The position numbers were made by a program, and so were the translations under genes. DNA of 64,000 bases from Lama guanicoe (Eukaryota), in the NCBI GenBank assembly GCA_013239625.1, contig MU053629.1:3933567-3997566 (forward strand), in the 5' to 3' direction. The notes beneath the pieces are model-generated. The model was not told where the DNA came from. It did not search any database and saw only the letters and a program-made list of their open reading frames with translations. This document shows positions 36,281 through 48,388 of the stretch, piece by piece; position 1 is the stretch's first letter, and the number at the start of each line of letters is the position of its first letter.

Positions 36281-38233
36281 AAATCAAATAGTGTGATGTG
36301 CTCCAAGTATACCTGGCTTGGACTTTTCAAAAGACGCCAATGACATAGAAGGAGTAAAAAAAGAAAAAGTCTGGAGAACTGTTGCGGATTAAGGGAGATG
36401 CAAAAGGTGATCCTTGTTGGATCCTGAGAAGGATAGGGGAGCCACGAAGGGCACCACTGAGGCAACCGGGCAGATCTACATTAGAAAACAGTATGACAAC
36501 ATCAAATTTCCTGAGTGTCATCGCTGTTCCGGGACGGTGTAGGGAAATGTCCTTATTCTGAAGAGATAGTTGCTGAAATACTTGGGGGAGAATGCCATGA
36601 TGTCAGCAGCTAACTCTCGGGTGTTTCAGAAATAATGTGGCAAAACTGAATTAAATTAAGGAAAAGGTCCGGCACAGGGCAGATCTCCATCCTGGCGAGC
36701 CACTGCTCCCTCTGGCCTAGAGCCGCCTCTGGCCTGTCTCCTCTTGAGAGGCGCTTTTTCCTTCCACCCCCTCCCCGGAGCCCTCTTTCCCAGAGGAGGT
36801 GGCCGCAGGGAAGGTTCTGGAAGAACAGCAGGAATCAGGCCACAGTGATCTCCCTGAGATTCAAGGCTTCCTCAGACGCATCTCCAAACAGCCTCATTCC
36901 ACTTCCATGCCACATGCCCTGGACCCTCATTCATTACACAGACACTCATAGGCCGTCCCCTCTCCTCCAGTTTGCTCACACGGTTCCCCCTAGCCTAGAA
37001 AGCCATCCTCCCCTTTCCCTGTCAGTAAAATCCAACGTACCCTTCAAAGAAAGCCCACTTATGTGCCCAAAGGCCTACCTCTCTCCCAGCCCAAGGAAGA
37101 AGCATGCTTTCCTGGAATGGCCCTAGGCTGCTAACGCTACTTGGTGATGCCCTGTCAATCTGCCGCCCGAGACTGGAAGCTCCAATTTGCATGGACCAGG
37201 TTGCCACCTCCCCTGTATCTCTAGGATGTGCCAGGTGCCTGAGCCCTAGCAGACATCCTACCTGTGTTTGTGGCCCAAAGCTTAGGTGCCCGTACGAATC
37301 TGCTGTCATTTTTGAGACCAGTTCAATACACATTGGTATATTCATATAATAGAAAACTATGCAAGTGTCAAGAGAATGATTCAGACCGCTCTGGACTAAT
37401 CGAAGATACACAGTAGATGAGTGCAGGGGGCTACTGACTCTTTGTGTAAGAAAAAAGCACATATATTTGTTCTAGCAAAGACTGCTTCAGGAGAGGGGAA
37501 CTGGGGGTCAGGGAGATGGGGGGGAGTGAGTTTTTGAGTTTGTGCCTTTTACATATAAACCTATTTAACAAGTTACATGATTTAGATTTGTAACAGAGTG
37601 CCCACTCTCTGGGGAAGGTTAAGGGAATCGCAGGAGTTGGGTGCTGAGAAAAGAGGGGAGAAGCAGGTGAGCATTGCCCCTGGGTGGAGGAAGAGCCTGG
37701 GCTGCCTGCCTGCGGCTCTTGCTGGCGGACCCTGACCTTGAGCCCGTGGCTGCAGAAGGGTGCGGCAGCCTCCCAGAATCCTCAGAGCCACAAGCATCTC
37801 TCACTTACGTGATGTCCCATCCTCTGGGCCCTGCAGCTCTTCACGCCACCCACGTCACTGGAAAGACCCTGCCTCCATCTTCATGTGCTGAGTCCTCCTC
37901 GGCCGTCAGGGCCCCACCCAGTGCTCCCCTGACCCCCTGTCAGAGGCCTCTCGCTCCCCATCTTGCTCTCTCAGCCCTCAGTGTTTGCTCCGAAGGCCTC
38001 CGGGCTGAGCGGGCCCAAGGACGAGAGCAGGAGAAGGCGGGAAGGGTGTCTAGAGAATTCTGGCCCCGCTGGCCTTTCTCAGACTCTGCTGCTCGAGCCC
38101 TTTGCTGGTTCCTGTGCTGGGACAAAAAATGGCCCACCCCGAGCCCGCAGTCCCTTTTCACTACCCAAGGAGCAGCAGGAATGTCGTGCCTCCTGGGACC
38201 CCCTGCACGGGGAAGGGGCTAGACCGTATATAT

Positions 38234-38623
38234 TGTGGTAAACGGGTAAAACAGTAAGTCAGGATGGCTTTTCTCGGGACTATTGCGATAGACGTCACGG
38301 CCATCGACAGCAGGGAGAAGTTAGGCTCAATTCTGGATTCAGCAAAGACAGCCGGGGATTTACAGACGACAAGGAGAACGAGGGGCCGGTGGATGCAAAA
38401 TTACCACGAGGGGACATCGCGGGTAAGGGTGATTCTTACTAAACCAACTTAACAGGATTCTTGCTGAAGGCAGGCCATGCCAATCAGGCATCAAGGTTGG
38501 GGATTCTCACTGAAATGATTTAGCAGGATTCTTCTTAAAACTGGCTGAGGCCCAAGGAGAAGGCCTAGTGGAAAAGAGGGCTCAGAGGAGCCTGTCTCAA
38601 GTCTGGTCAAGGAGTCTTGGTCA
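38234..38623. mobile_element. Probable ERV-type solo LTR (family uncertain)
   Basis: TG...CA bounded ~390 bp with a recurring ggattctt(g/a)ct motif, reminiscent of old ERV LTRs; TSD not convincing. Confidence 0.45.
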
Positions 38624-39219
38624 CATGTTAAAGGATCTTGGGAAAATTCCCCTTATTTTTTCAGGTAAGGAAATGAAGGCTCAGAGAAGCAGTCACTTGC
38701 CTGAGGTCTGCTTTAGTCCACCCCGCCCCCAAGGAGGCTCAGCCCCAAGACTCCTGCTGCATCTGCCTCTGGCCTACAACCTGTGGGTAAAAAAGGCCCT
38801 GGGCTCCAGCCCCGTTGTTGCTGCTGACTCATTGCTGTGTGACCCTGGTTAAGTTTGGCCCATCTCTGGGCCTCTCTGAATGTAACCCAAGAACAAAACC
38901 ACCGGAGTCCTCTGGCCACGCCATGGGAGCTCAGGGGAGCCGGGTGGTCCAGGGCTGGGACCAGCAAGGCAATAATTAGCTGACAGCTCCTCTGGAATGT
39001 TAAGTACCCAGCTCTGGAATGCAGCTCCTGCTGGCTGCAGATACCCCCTCAACATCACTCAGGCCCTGCAGTGAAGATAAGAATCAGGGTGGGCAGGCAC
39101 TGGGGACCCTGTGTTGGGAACCCCCCCTTTCCCGGGCACATTTCTCTGGCCTCTCGCAGGATCTCCTCCATGTGGAGTTCCCTCATCTCAGGATTTGCTT
39201 GGAACAAGACATTGCAGAT

Positions 39220-39650
39220 GTGGGAGGGGCTTCTAAGATGGCCCCTGCCTCCTGGCATCCACGTGAGCCCCTCTCCTTCAGTGCGGGCTAGACCCAGCGA
39301 CTGCTTCTGACAAACACTACAGTGAAGCGATGGAATGTCACTTCTGACATAAGGTTACAGGAAGCCCATGCCTTTCATCTGGGGCACTCTTTTGCTCCCT
39401 CTGAGTGAAGCCAGCTGCCATGTGGTGAGCTGCCCGTGCAGTAGGGCCCCGGCCAGCAGCCAGTGGGACCAGCGAGGCACTGAGGTCTGCAGTCCAGCCA
39501 CCCATGAGGCACCAAGACCTGACAGCAAGCACACGTGAGTGAGCCTGGACGCAGAGCCATCCGCCGTTGAGCGCAGATGACTGCAGCCTGTGAGAGACCA
39601 CGGGGCAGAGGGCCAGCTAGGCTCTGCCCAGCTCCTGACCCACAGAAACC
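39220..39650 (+). mobile_element. MaLR LTR (MLT1 family)
   Basis: tctaagatggcccc..gactgcttctga..gatggaatgtcacttctga..gaagccagctgccatg..gatgactgcagcc..tcctgacccacagaaac. Confidence 0.75.
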
Positions 39651-39728
39651 GACTTGCCCAAGGTCACAGAGCCTGGGACTGCCGGGTCCACGACGAGAAC
39701 CAAGGTTTTCCAACTCTCAGCCCTAGAC

Positions 39729-39897
39729 CAGTGGCTGTCAAACTTCAGTTTGCATCAGAGTCATCTGGAGGGCTTGTGAAAGCAGATAGCTGGGCCCTAC
39801 CTGCCGGGGTTCTGATTCTCTAAGCCTGAGAACCTGCCTTTCTAACAGGTTCCAGGTGATACTGATGTGGCTGGTGGAGGACCACACTTTGAGAACA
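39729..39897 (-). mobile_element. MER5A (hAT-Charlie)
   Basis: cagtggctgtcaaacttcagtttgcatcagagtcatctggagggcttgt..tctaacaggttccaggtgatactgatg..ggaccacactttgagaac. Confidence 0.8.
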
Positions 39898-40771
39898 AGG
39901 GCTCTCCACTACCTATCTCCGAAATCACTCTCCCAATGTTCCCCCAAAGCACAGACTAAGGGCAATTTGCCAAGTCCCCGAATGCCTATCTAGGTACCAT
40001 CTCCTCTGAGGGAGGGGGTGTGGTTGAAAGAACCACAGAGGGCAGTGCCCTGTCTTGTTCATCTTTACAATTATTTGCTGACCCAGAAAACCCACGGATA
40101 CATATGATATTCCACAATTTTATATGGTAACACTTTTGAAAAAAATTCATTTCTTTTACTCATAACCATATCAAAAGTATTTTATTTTCTTCAGGTAAAT
40201 CAAGTATTATATGCAGAAATATTTTGGTTAAGGAAACTACCAACAGGAGGCCAGTAGGAAGTACAATAATTCTCTCTGCTGGAATGTTTTCTGTTTCTAT
40301 GTTTTGCCACTAGGGGCTGGCTTTATCCATCATTGTATTTTACCTTTTCGGCACTAAAGCTTCTATCTTCAAAGCTGATGCTTTGGATACTTGGTAACTG
40401 GTGTATCTATACATACACATATAGATTTGTAAGTGGCTGTGGATTTGAATACAGATACAGCTGCAGATACAGGTACAGATGAAGATGTAGCAGTGATGTT
40501 CCCTAAGGAGACAGAACGTGCCCCCTCCCTACTCTTCCCTCTGCGCAGAATGTGGATGTGGAGGGGAGCCAACTTGGACATATCAAGATGGCAGAGCGAC
40601 AAGGTGGAAGGGGCCTGGGGGACCGGACAAGCTCATGGAGTAGGCGCGCTGTTCCATCCCTGGACAATCTACCCCTGGGTTATCACAGGAGAGAGAAATA
40701 AACTCCATTCCACCGTGGCTCTAACTAATACATCCCATGCACGTGTCCCCCAGTAGACAACAGGCTCCTTG

Positions 40772-41370
40772 TGTTGTGGGTGAGAGGTTCTTGTGTTGTC
40801 GCAGAAAGAGTTCAGAGACAAGACATGGAGGTCAAGAAAGCAAAGCAAGGATTTAGTAAGGGACAGACAGTACACTCTCAAGGAAAGAGCGGGCAGACCC
40901 TGGTGGGTGGCGGTCCGAGTGTCCTTGGCAAGCTCGTTATATGGGTGTAAAAGAGAACGGGCAGAATATTCATTGGCAGGGAGAGGCTTGGGGTCGTCTT
41001 TCCTGATCTCCATCCCAGCTCCACCTTCCCAGGTAGGGAGGAGGGATTTTTCATCATTATTTAGTCTTGATCGGGAAGTTGGATGAGGTCATGATGAACA
41101 AAAGGTTACATTCGGATGGGGGTATCATAAGCAAAAGGTTACATTTGGACAGAGGTCATCATGATTGAAAGGTTACATTCGGATGGTGGGGATTCCTGTC
41201 CTGTCCCACCCTTCTGCCTGCAGGACACTTACAGCCCACAAGGTATGGCTTATCAGTCCAGAGGATCCTGTTTTTCTTGGTCTGTCCAAGGACCCCTCTT
41301 GTTCACAAAATGTATGGTTTTCTGCCATTTGCCCCTGTTGCTCACATCTAGCTACCTGCCTGCTCTAACA
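40772..41370 (-). mobile_element. Solo LTR, ERV1-type (599 bp)
   Basis: Termini TGTT...AACA flanked by a perfect 4-bp TSD CTTG (40768-40771 and 41371-41374); internal ~34-bp repeats; TATA-like sequence on the - strand near 40937. Orientation is inferred. Confidence 0.8.
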
Positions 41371-42336
41371 CTTGAGAGTAGGGCCAGACTCTCCGTCTTT
41401 CTTCCTATAGCTCTCAGAAGAGGACCTAGCATGTTTCAGTTCTGGTTTTGCCCCTTCTTAGCAGGTGACCTGGGGCAAATGACCTCCCTAGCCTGTTTCC
41501 TCTTCTATAAAATGGGGCTAAAGAACACTCTCGTAAGTTTCGTATCAAGCTTAGTGAGATGACGTGTGTGAAACACTTAGCCATGTACACATAACAGGAG
41601 TCAAATAACAGGTGGGTGTTACCAGCTGTAAGTTTTCAGAAATCTGATCTTGTCCCCTCCCACCGTGCTTTAAACCATCACACTCTATTTCCCTTAAGAT
41701 AAAATCTAAAATCCCTACCCTGGTACCTAAGACCCTTTTTGCTCCAGTCCTGTCCACCTCCCTTGTCTTATCGCTCATGCTTTGAACTACACAGCCAGAG
41801 AGAGTCGCTCTGGCCTCCTGTCTTTCCCAAGGACTTGACCTAAGGTCAGGGTAAGAGATGAGAAATGTGTTAAGCCCAAATGGCCCTTGAAAATCCCTTG
41901 AAATGCCCACAGATACAGCATCCAGACCTCGTACCTCTCAGTGAGCTAAGTCCAAGACAGTTTTCCTCCAGCGTAGAAACAGGTGGCTAGATCTTCAGAT
42001 GAGCACCAGAGAAAGTAGATGGCTTGTATTTAGGGGACTTCTGGGACCAAAAATGGATGTCTTTTTAAAATCAGTATCGTATTCAGAATTAAAACTTCAT
42101 TGATACTTCTCAACTGTACCTTCAATGCCTCTTACCTCCACGTGTTTGCACACGCTGTTCCTTCCACCCCCCACCCCTTCCTGCCTCCCTCTTCTCTTGG
42201 CCTGGCCAGTCCTCACTCAGGCCTCTGAGCTAGCGCCACTCCTTCAAGGAAGCGTTCTCTAACTACCACCGTCTTCTTCTGGATAAGCAGAGTCCTCTGG
42301 AACGCGTCTGTCCTGTGCAGTGGTCTTCCCACTATA

Positions 42337-42699
42337 CAGCCAGCCCTCCCTCTATCCATGGCATCTTCATCTGGGATTCAACCAACCCAGGATCGAAAAT
42401 ATTTGTGGAGAAGGGGAAAAAAATCCAGAAAGTTCTAAGAAGCAAAACTTGAATTTGCTGCTCACTTAGTAATGATTTACATTGTATTTACAACTGTTGA
42501 CCTGGCATTTACATGGTTTTGTAGTAGGTATTGTAAGTCATCTAGCTAGAGATGATTTAAATTATACTGGAGGATGTGCGTATGTCATATGTAAATACTA
42601 CCCCATTTTATATAAGGGACTCGAGCACCCCTGGATTTGGGTATGGGGCGGGGGGCCTGGAGCCAATCCCCCCCAGCCCCGCCACGGGAGGGATGACTG
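42337..42699 (-). mobile_element. MER2 (TcMar-Tigger) non-autonomous DNA transposon
   Basis: CAG...CTG termini flanked by TA on both sides (42335-42336, 42700-42701); ggattcaaccaacc..gatcgaaaatatt..ctagagatgatttaaa..ccattttatataagggact..ccaatccccc. Confidence 0.85.
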
Positions 42700-43029
42700 T
42701 ATTTTTTCGTGGCTACCTGTGGGTCTTTTCTACCAAGTCCTTCCTTCTCTTTTGTTCAACGCTCTGTCCCCAGAGCGTAGCACAGAATTTGGCGCATAAA
42801 GAGGTGCCCAGAAAATGCTCATGGGACGAATGGGCCCGTGAGGGAACGGTGGCGGTGGTCAGGGATGTTTTGCCTCCATCAGCCAGCATCCTGGGGAGGG
42901 CAGGAAGGAGGCAGGAGCACTGCGGGGGCCTCTCCGTCCCCATCGTCCTCCCAGACCCTTTCCCGGCCCAACAGGGCGCCACTGGCCTGTCCCACACCCT
43001 CTCTGCCGCCTGCCCAGTGACCTAATTAT

Positions 43030-43620
43030 TGTTTTTTCTTCCAGCCCCGCGGAGGGGAAAACAGAAATTCCTGGTGGATGACACAGGCCCGGCGGCCGCC
43101 TGAGAGCCGAGCACGGGACCGGCTGGGCCGGCTTCGCCCGCCCTGAACCCGCCGCCCGCCCCGCCACCGGGGCCGCGGGAACCCGTCATCAGCCTAAGTA
43201 CAGAGCGGGCGGCGGGGCGGGCGGCCGGGAAATTGCCGGTTCCCGCTGACCCGCGGGGCCTGCGGGCGCCCCGAGTCTGGGGGCCCGGGGGGGCCCGGGG
43301 GAGCCTGGGGGGCACGAGCGCCCCGGCCGGGCTGGAATGTCCCCGCCACCCGCTGCCCGGCGGGGGGGAGGGGGAGGGGGAGGGGAGGAATTCGGGCGGC
43401 TCGGCCCAGGGTGCGGCCCCGGCGCGAGGCCAGGGCCCTGCGGCCACACAGCACCGCCCCGAGCGCGCAGCGAAAGCTGGGGGGCCTTTGGCACCCCTTC
43501 CCCTTTCTGGGCCCCGCCCCTCGCTTGCAAGGGGCACTGGGCTTGGAGCCAGGCCCGTGGGGTCGCGCGTCCCCACCCTGATGGACTGCTTCATCTGCCA
43601 CGTGCCGTCCACCCATGGGC
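43030..43620. promoter_or_regulatory. Intergenic (orphan) CpG island
   Basis: ~600 bp with very high GC and CpG density and multiple GC boxes (GGGCGG/CCGCCC). Confidence 0.85.
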
Positions 43621-44244
43621 CCCTTGATGCTGGAGGGAGCCTCAGTTCCCCCAACCGTGAAATGGGCTAACAGCTAGGGATGACTGAGATGTGCACGGGT
43701 CCACCCTCTGCTCTGTGCCTAGCAGGTAACAGATGCTCGCTCCATTTTCCTTCTCTTATTAAGGCAAAGGGCTCTGTCTCTCCTGCCTTCTCTCAGCCTA
43801 GATGGATTGAACACCTGCTTTACGCCAGGTGTTGTGATGGGCTTTGGGATTACAGTCATGAGTAAAACGGACAAAATCTTACGTTCTCGGGGGCCACAAA
43901 CAACAAGCAAACAAATAAATATTCACATCAGAGAACGTAGTGCGTCAGATGGTGAGAACTGTTATGGAGAAAAATAAAGGGGTAAGGAGAGGGGGAGCAG
44001 TTGTGCTCTTCAGACTCAGTGGTCCTAGAAGGAAGGTCTTTGTGGTAAAGCGCCCTTTGAGCTGAAGGCTGAGTGCAGTGTGGGAGTGAGCAAGCCAGAT
44101 ATCTAGGGGGAGGCTTTTTGGATAAAGCAAACAGCAGGTATAAGGGCCCTGGTGCCCCCTGCCCACCTCTTGCTCTCTCAGGCTCCTGGGCTCCCGAAGC
44201 ACAAAATCACTCCGTTTCCTCCCTCAGTCCTCAGCAAGGAAGTC

Positions 44245-44400
44245 AGACAGACCTGGTTTTAAATCCTGGTCCTGCTACTCACTAGCTGTGTGACCTCACA
44301 CAAGTCACTTAACCTCTCTGAGTGGTAGTTCATCCATCTGTCGAGTAGGGAGAATAATGGCATGTTCCTTACAGGCTTGTGTGGGAGGTCAGTGAGGTAA
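44245..44400 (+). mobile_element. MIR SINE
   Basis: aaatcctggtcctgctactcactagctgtgtgacctcacacaagtcacttaacctctctgag. Confidence 0.8.
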
Positions 44401-46469
44401 CACTGACATGGAACAGACCAAGACTTGGGCAGACGCATGTGCGCAGATGGATGATCTGTGGGATCCTTGGGAAGACCTCAGTTTTCTTCATCTGAAAAAC
44501 TGGGTCTCTCTCTGACTTGGAGTGAAAAGTGGGCTAACCTGTTCCCTGTCTTGGTGGTGATGGGGAGACATGTGGTAGAGTTGTGAGCTGCTTGGGCAAG
44601 CTCTCGGAGACAGTTCCTAGCTGTGGTCTTGTGCTGGTCACCCTCTGGCACTCAGAGCCCTGTTTACAGAGAGAAGCAGAAGAACACAGCTCTCCCACCC
44701 ACCTGCCCAGACTGCCCAGGGCCCATCCAGGCATTCAGTGGGATTCAGAGAGGACATCTCCGGGACCCCCAGGGTAGGGTGAAGCTATGACACTGGCCAA
44801 GTTCACATTTTATGTCATCACCCTCTTGCCTCGGCTCCCTCTCCCTGTATCCCTGGATAAACTTGTCCTTCCTTGGGAAAAAACCTGACGGAGGATTTCA
44901 GTCTTTGGAGACAGTCCTGCCAGTCTCCCTCATTGGACACACGGGAATCTGAAGCCCAGAGAGAGCAGGACTTTGCCAGAGAACACACAGCAGTCCTGGA
45001 GTGTGAAAATTCATGCCAGCAGACCTTTGATCTCAGGCTGTTTCTTCATTGTACTTCATGGGGCCAGATTCTACCCATTTTACAGAAGGAAGAAACTGAG
45101 GCCCAGGGTTATAAGGTGGATCAGCAAAAGCTTCCTAGACCAGCAATTGGTACTGGGGAATGAAGAATTCCAGGCAGGGGTGAAGGGAGGTGGGAACCTT
45201 CCTGGACCCCTCAGATCATTCCTAGACCCATCTGTTTGGATGATAATCTCTAAGATCTTTCAAGGCAAAAGTCATTTGGGGAGATCTGTGTCTATTGGCT
45301 CCCTCTCCTTACCTAAAATTCCCCCTGTCCTGAAGGGCCAGCCCAGCAGGTACCCGGATGCCCACCGGAGCCCTTGTCCATCTGGCTCCATCGAAGTCTG
45401 GCTGGGATGACTGAGTTGCAGCAGTGCCTGGAGGCCACCATGGTCAGCTGGGCACCACCTCACCCTGCCCAATGGCAGATGCCGTCCCTGGCCCATGGGA
45501 GCTTTATCTCAGAACTTGGACATAGCAGCCAGGTCTGGCACCAAAAGCTCCTCCTGCCCTGCAACTTCTGCCACCTGCTGCTCCAAGGGGTTGCTTTTCA
45601 TTCATTCATTCAACAAGTATTTCTGGAGGGCCTGTCCTATCAGGTGCCAGGTACTGTTTCACATGTTGAAGGTGAAGCGGCACAAGTCTATGTGGCCTGG
45701 CCCGCTGGGGGTCACATTCTAGGGTGGGGGACAGGCAATAAACAAATGTGCACAAAATATTAGATCACACGGAGGTAAAAAGGCGCGGGGACAGCGGGTG
45801 GGGGTGGGTGTTCTTTTCCATTGGGAGATTAAGCAGAGGCCTCATTGATGAGGGGGGTGGGGGTAGGGGGCGGATCACGTGGGTGTTCGAGGCCCGAGCA
45901 GTCCTGAAAGTGGGAGATGAAGATGGAAAGGCCGGCAGGTGGGAACCTGGCAGGCATTGTCAGGGTGTAGCAGGGAAGGCAATGTGGAGGAAATGAGACT
46001 GGAGAATTAAGGGGCCAGACTGTGCGTCTTCCTTACGGCACTGAGTTGCCACACTTCCTCTGCCTCGGAGTGGCGCTGTGCTCTCTCAAGGTGGCCTGGT
46101 CATCCCAGAAGCTGATCACGGAGCTGCCCCTCTCTTTTGGCTCCCTCCACCTTAACACTCCCTTCAACTGTTCTAGAAAGTGAGATTAAAGCGAATCTAG
46201 ATTCCAGACCAGGCTCCACTAGCAAGGAACCGTGTGAGCTTGGTGAGCTATTCAAACTTTCTGGACCTTGGCCTCTATGTCTGTAAAATGGGGCCAAACG
46301 TACCTCCTGGAAATAGCTGTGAAAGGTAAGCGTGCGCCCACCCTCTGTCGCAGCGATGTAACTGAGAGAGATGAATGCGCATGTCCGGAAGGCAGGGGCG
46401 GGGTGATCCTGGGGGTGGTCACAGTTGCCCCGAACGAAATCAGGGCTGAGGTCCATCAGCAGAAGAATA

Positions 46470-46870
46470 GTTAAACGAATTATGGCATCGCTGTGCAATG
46501 GAATAATACACAACAACGTCAACAGAGAACGGCTGGTAGATGGATGATTGTGGCAGGTTGTTAAGTTAAAGGAGCCTGGCACACGATTAGTAACCAGGTA
46601 TTCAAGAACAGGTAAAGGTAACCGATGGGATTAGATAGAGGCTAATCTCTAGCTCTGAGAGAAGCTGAGATAGTGGTTATCCACGGGGGATGCTGACTGG
46701 GAGGGGGCTTGAGGGAAACTTCTGGTATGCTGGAACCTTTTTATGTCTTGATCTGGTTGTCACACAGGTTTATACGCGTGTAAAAGTGCATGGACTTTGA
46801 GCTCCACGAACAATCTGAGATGCATGTGCGCCGTGCTATGTATATTTCAATAAAAAGATAAAAAGAAAAA
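46470..46870 (+). mobile_element. Old L1 (L1ME-like) 3' end
   Basis: tgactgggagggggcttgagggaaacttctggtatgctgga..ttatgtcttgatctgg..gtatatttcaataaaaag. Confidence 0.7.
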
Positions 46871-47264
46871 GGGTACTTCCTGGAGAGCTGGTGAAGAGTC
46901 AGTGGGATGGAGAACACGGTCGTGCCTGTCTCAGAATCGGCACTTGGGCACATTTCCTGCCTCCCCAGTGCCACTCCGAGGGACGTGGAGTGCCCTCCAG
47001 CACTCAGGTCCTGCCATGGACCAAGCTCAGCTAGCATCAGATGATGTTGTGCTTTTGGAATGGAGGGATGGAAAGGGACTGGGTCTTTTTCTTCCCTTTT
47101 GCTTTGCTTTATGAGGGGAAGATGATCGTCTTTATCATTAAATGTGATAACTTGCTGGGACTCGGACCCCCAGACCTGGTGTGCAGTGGAGACTCTGGAG
47201 TGGGGAACGCTCGGCTTTCTGGCCTGGGGCTTATGAAATGGCATTGAGAGCAACCCCACTCTTT

Positions 47265-48388
47265 GCAGATGAGCAAGATTCTCCAGAGAAAGCCTTGAAG
47301 ACCCCAGGTTCACTCAGCAATGGAGTGGCAGAGCCCCACCCCCACCTCTCATTGGCCCAGATCCAAAATGCCCCCAGGATCAACTGGCTGGGGACAACTG
47401 TACCTCCTCCACTCTTGCACCGTGTCCCTAAGTCACTGTCCCAATCTCAGAGAGGGGAGAGACATCCCCGAGGCCCCACAGGAAGTCTGCAGCAGAGCCA
47501 GGCAAGGTCATGGATGGACGGGAGAGTGAGAGGCTGAAGGCTTGGAAGGGCCAGCCAGACCTTTCCCTTGCGCCCATGGGGCAGGGCCCCTGCTGCACAG
47601 AGGCTGGGGAGATGTGTTCCACCTGCTCTGAAGAGGCAGTGCATTTATAATATTAATGGGGGAAGTCCTCAGGTACTGTGCAGGGTGAACCCCAGCCCCT
47701 CAGCCCTTCCTACCTTGGGGTCACGATCTAGGATTCTCCCCTATCCCCACCCCATTTGAGCCGCTCCTTCCCTGTCTTCCAGTGGAAACATCACAGACTG
47801 GTCCTGTTTTCAACCTGCGTGAATTTGGTTTGAATCCACTGGCCCTGTTCTGGGTGTGAGGTGGGGGAAGCCGGAGGGAGGTTCCACAGGTGAATGTGAC
47901 CCAGCCCAGGACCAGTGCGGGAACCGTCTCTCCCCTCTCACCTGCCTCCAGGTGTCGGCTTCAATGCCACTTCCTCAGAACGGCCTCCTCTCCCGGACCT
48001 CATGTCCCCTCCGCGTCCTCTCTCACAGCTGGTTCCGTTTCCTCCCCACCCTTGTCACTCCCCTCCAGTGCGCTCTGTCGGTCTACCCCACAGGACTGTA
48101 AGTTTCTCCAGGACAGGAACCGGGCTGGGGCTATCTCATTCATCTCTGGGCCCCCGGTGGCAGGCACAGATGGGCAACAGTAAATGTTTGAGAGAAGAAT
48201 AAATGAATGTAATGAGAAAGAATTGCTCTGGCAGGGATGTGGACACCAGGCGGAGAGAGTGCCAGCCAGTTGATCCTGGAGGCATCTTGGATCTGGGCCA
48301 ATGAGAGGTGGGGGTGGGGCTCTGCCACTCCGTTGCTGGGTGAACCTGGGGTCTTCAAGGCTTTCTCTGGAGAATCTTGCTCATCTGC
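47265..48388. repeat. Inverted repeat pair: 127-bp arms at 47265-47391 and 48262-48388, 870-bp spacer
   Basis: Arm 2 is the reverse complement of arm 1 with 4 mismatches, all transitions. Confidence 0.95.
48085..48212 (+). mobile_element. L2 3'-end fragment
   Basis: gactgtaagtttctccaggacaggaacc..tcattcatctctg..ggcaca..cagtaaatgtttg..gaataaatgaatg. Confidence 0.65.

Noticed and set aside
43265..43278. Canonical BMP-response element GGCGCC-N5-GTCT
   Set aside because: The spacer here is 4 nt (ccga), not 5. I found no canonical spacing in the window by eye.
43022..43670. Overlapping 96-210 aa ORFs on both strands
   Set aside because: Low-complexity Pro/Gly/Ala/Arg translations expected from a CpG island; no recognisable domain.
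47265..48388. DNA transposon with 127-bp terminal inverted repeats
   Set aside because: No TSD, no hAT or Tc1/mariner-like termini, and the spacer holds old L2 sequence rather than a transposase; kept as an unexplained inverted repeat.
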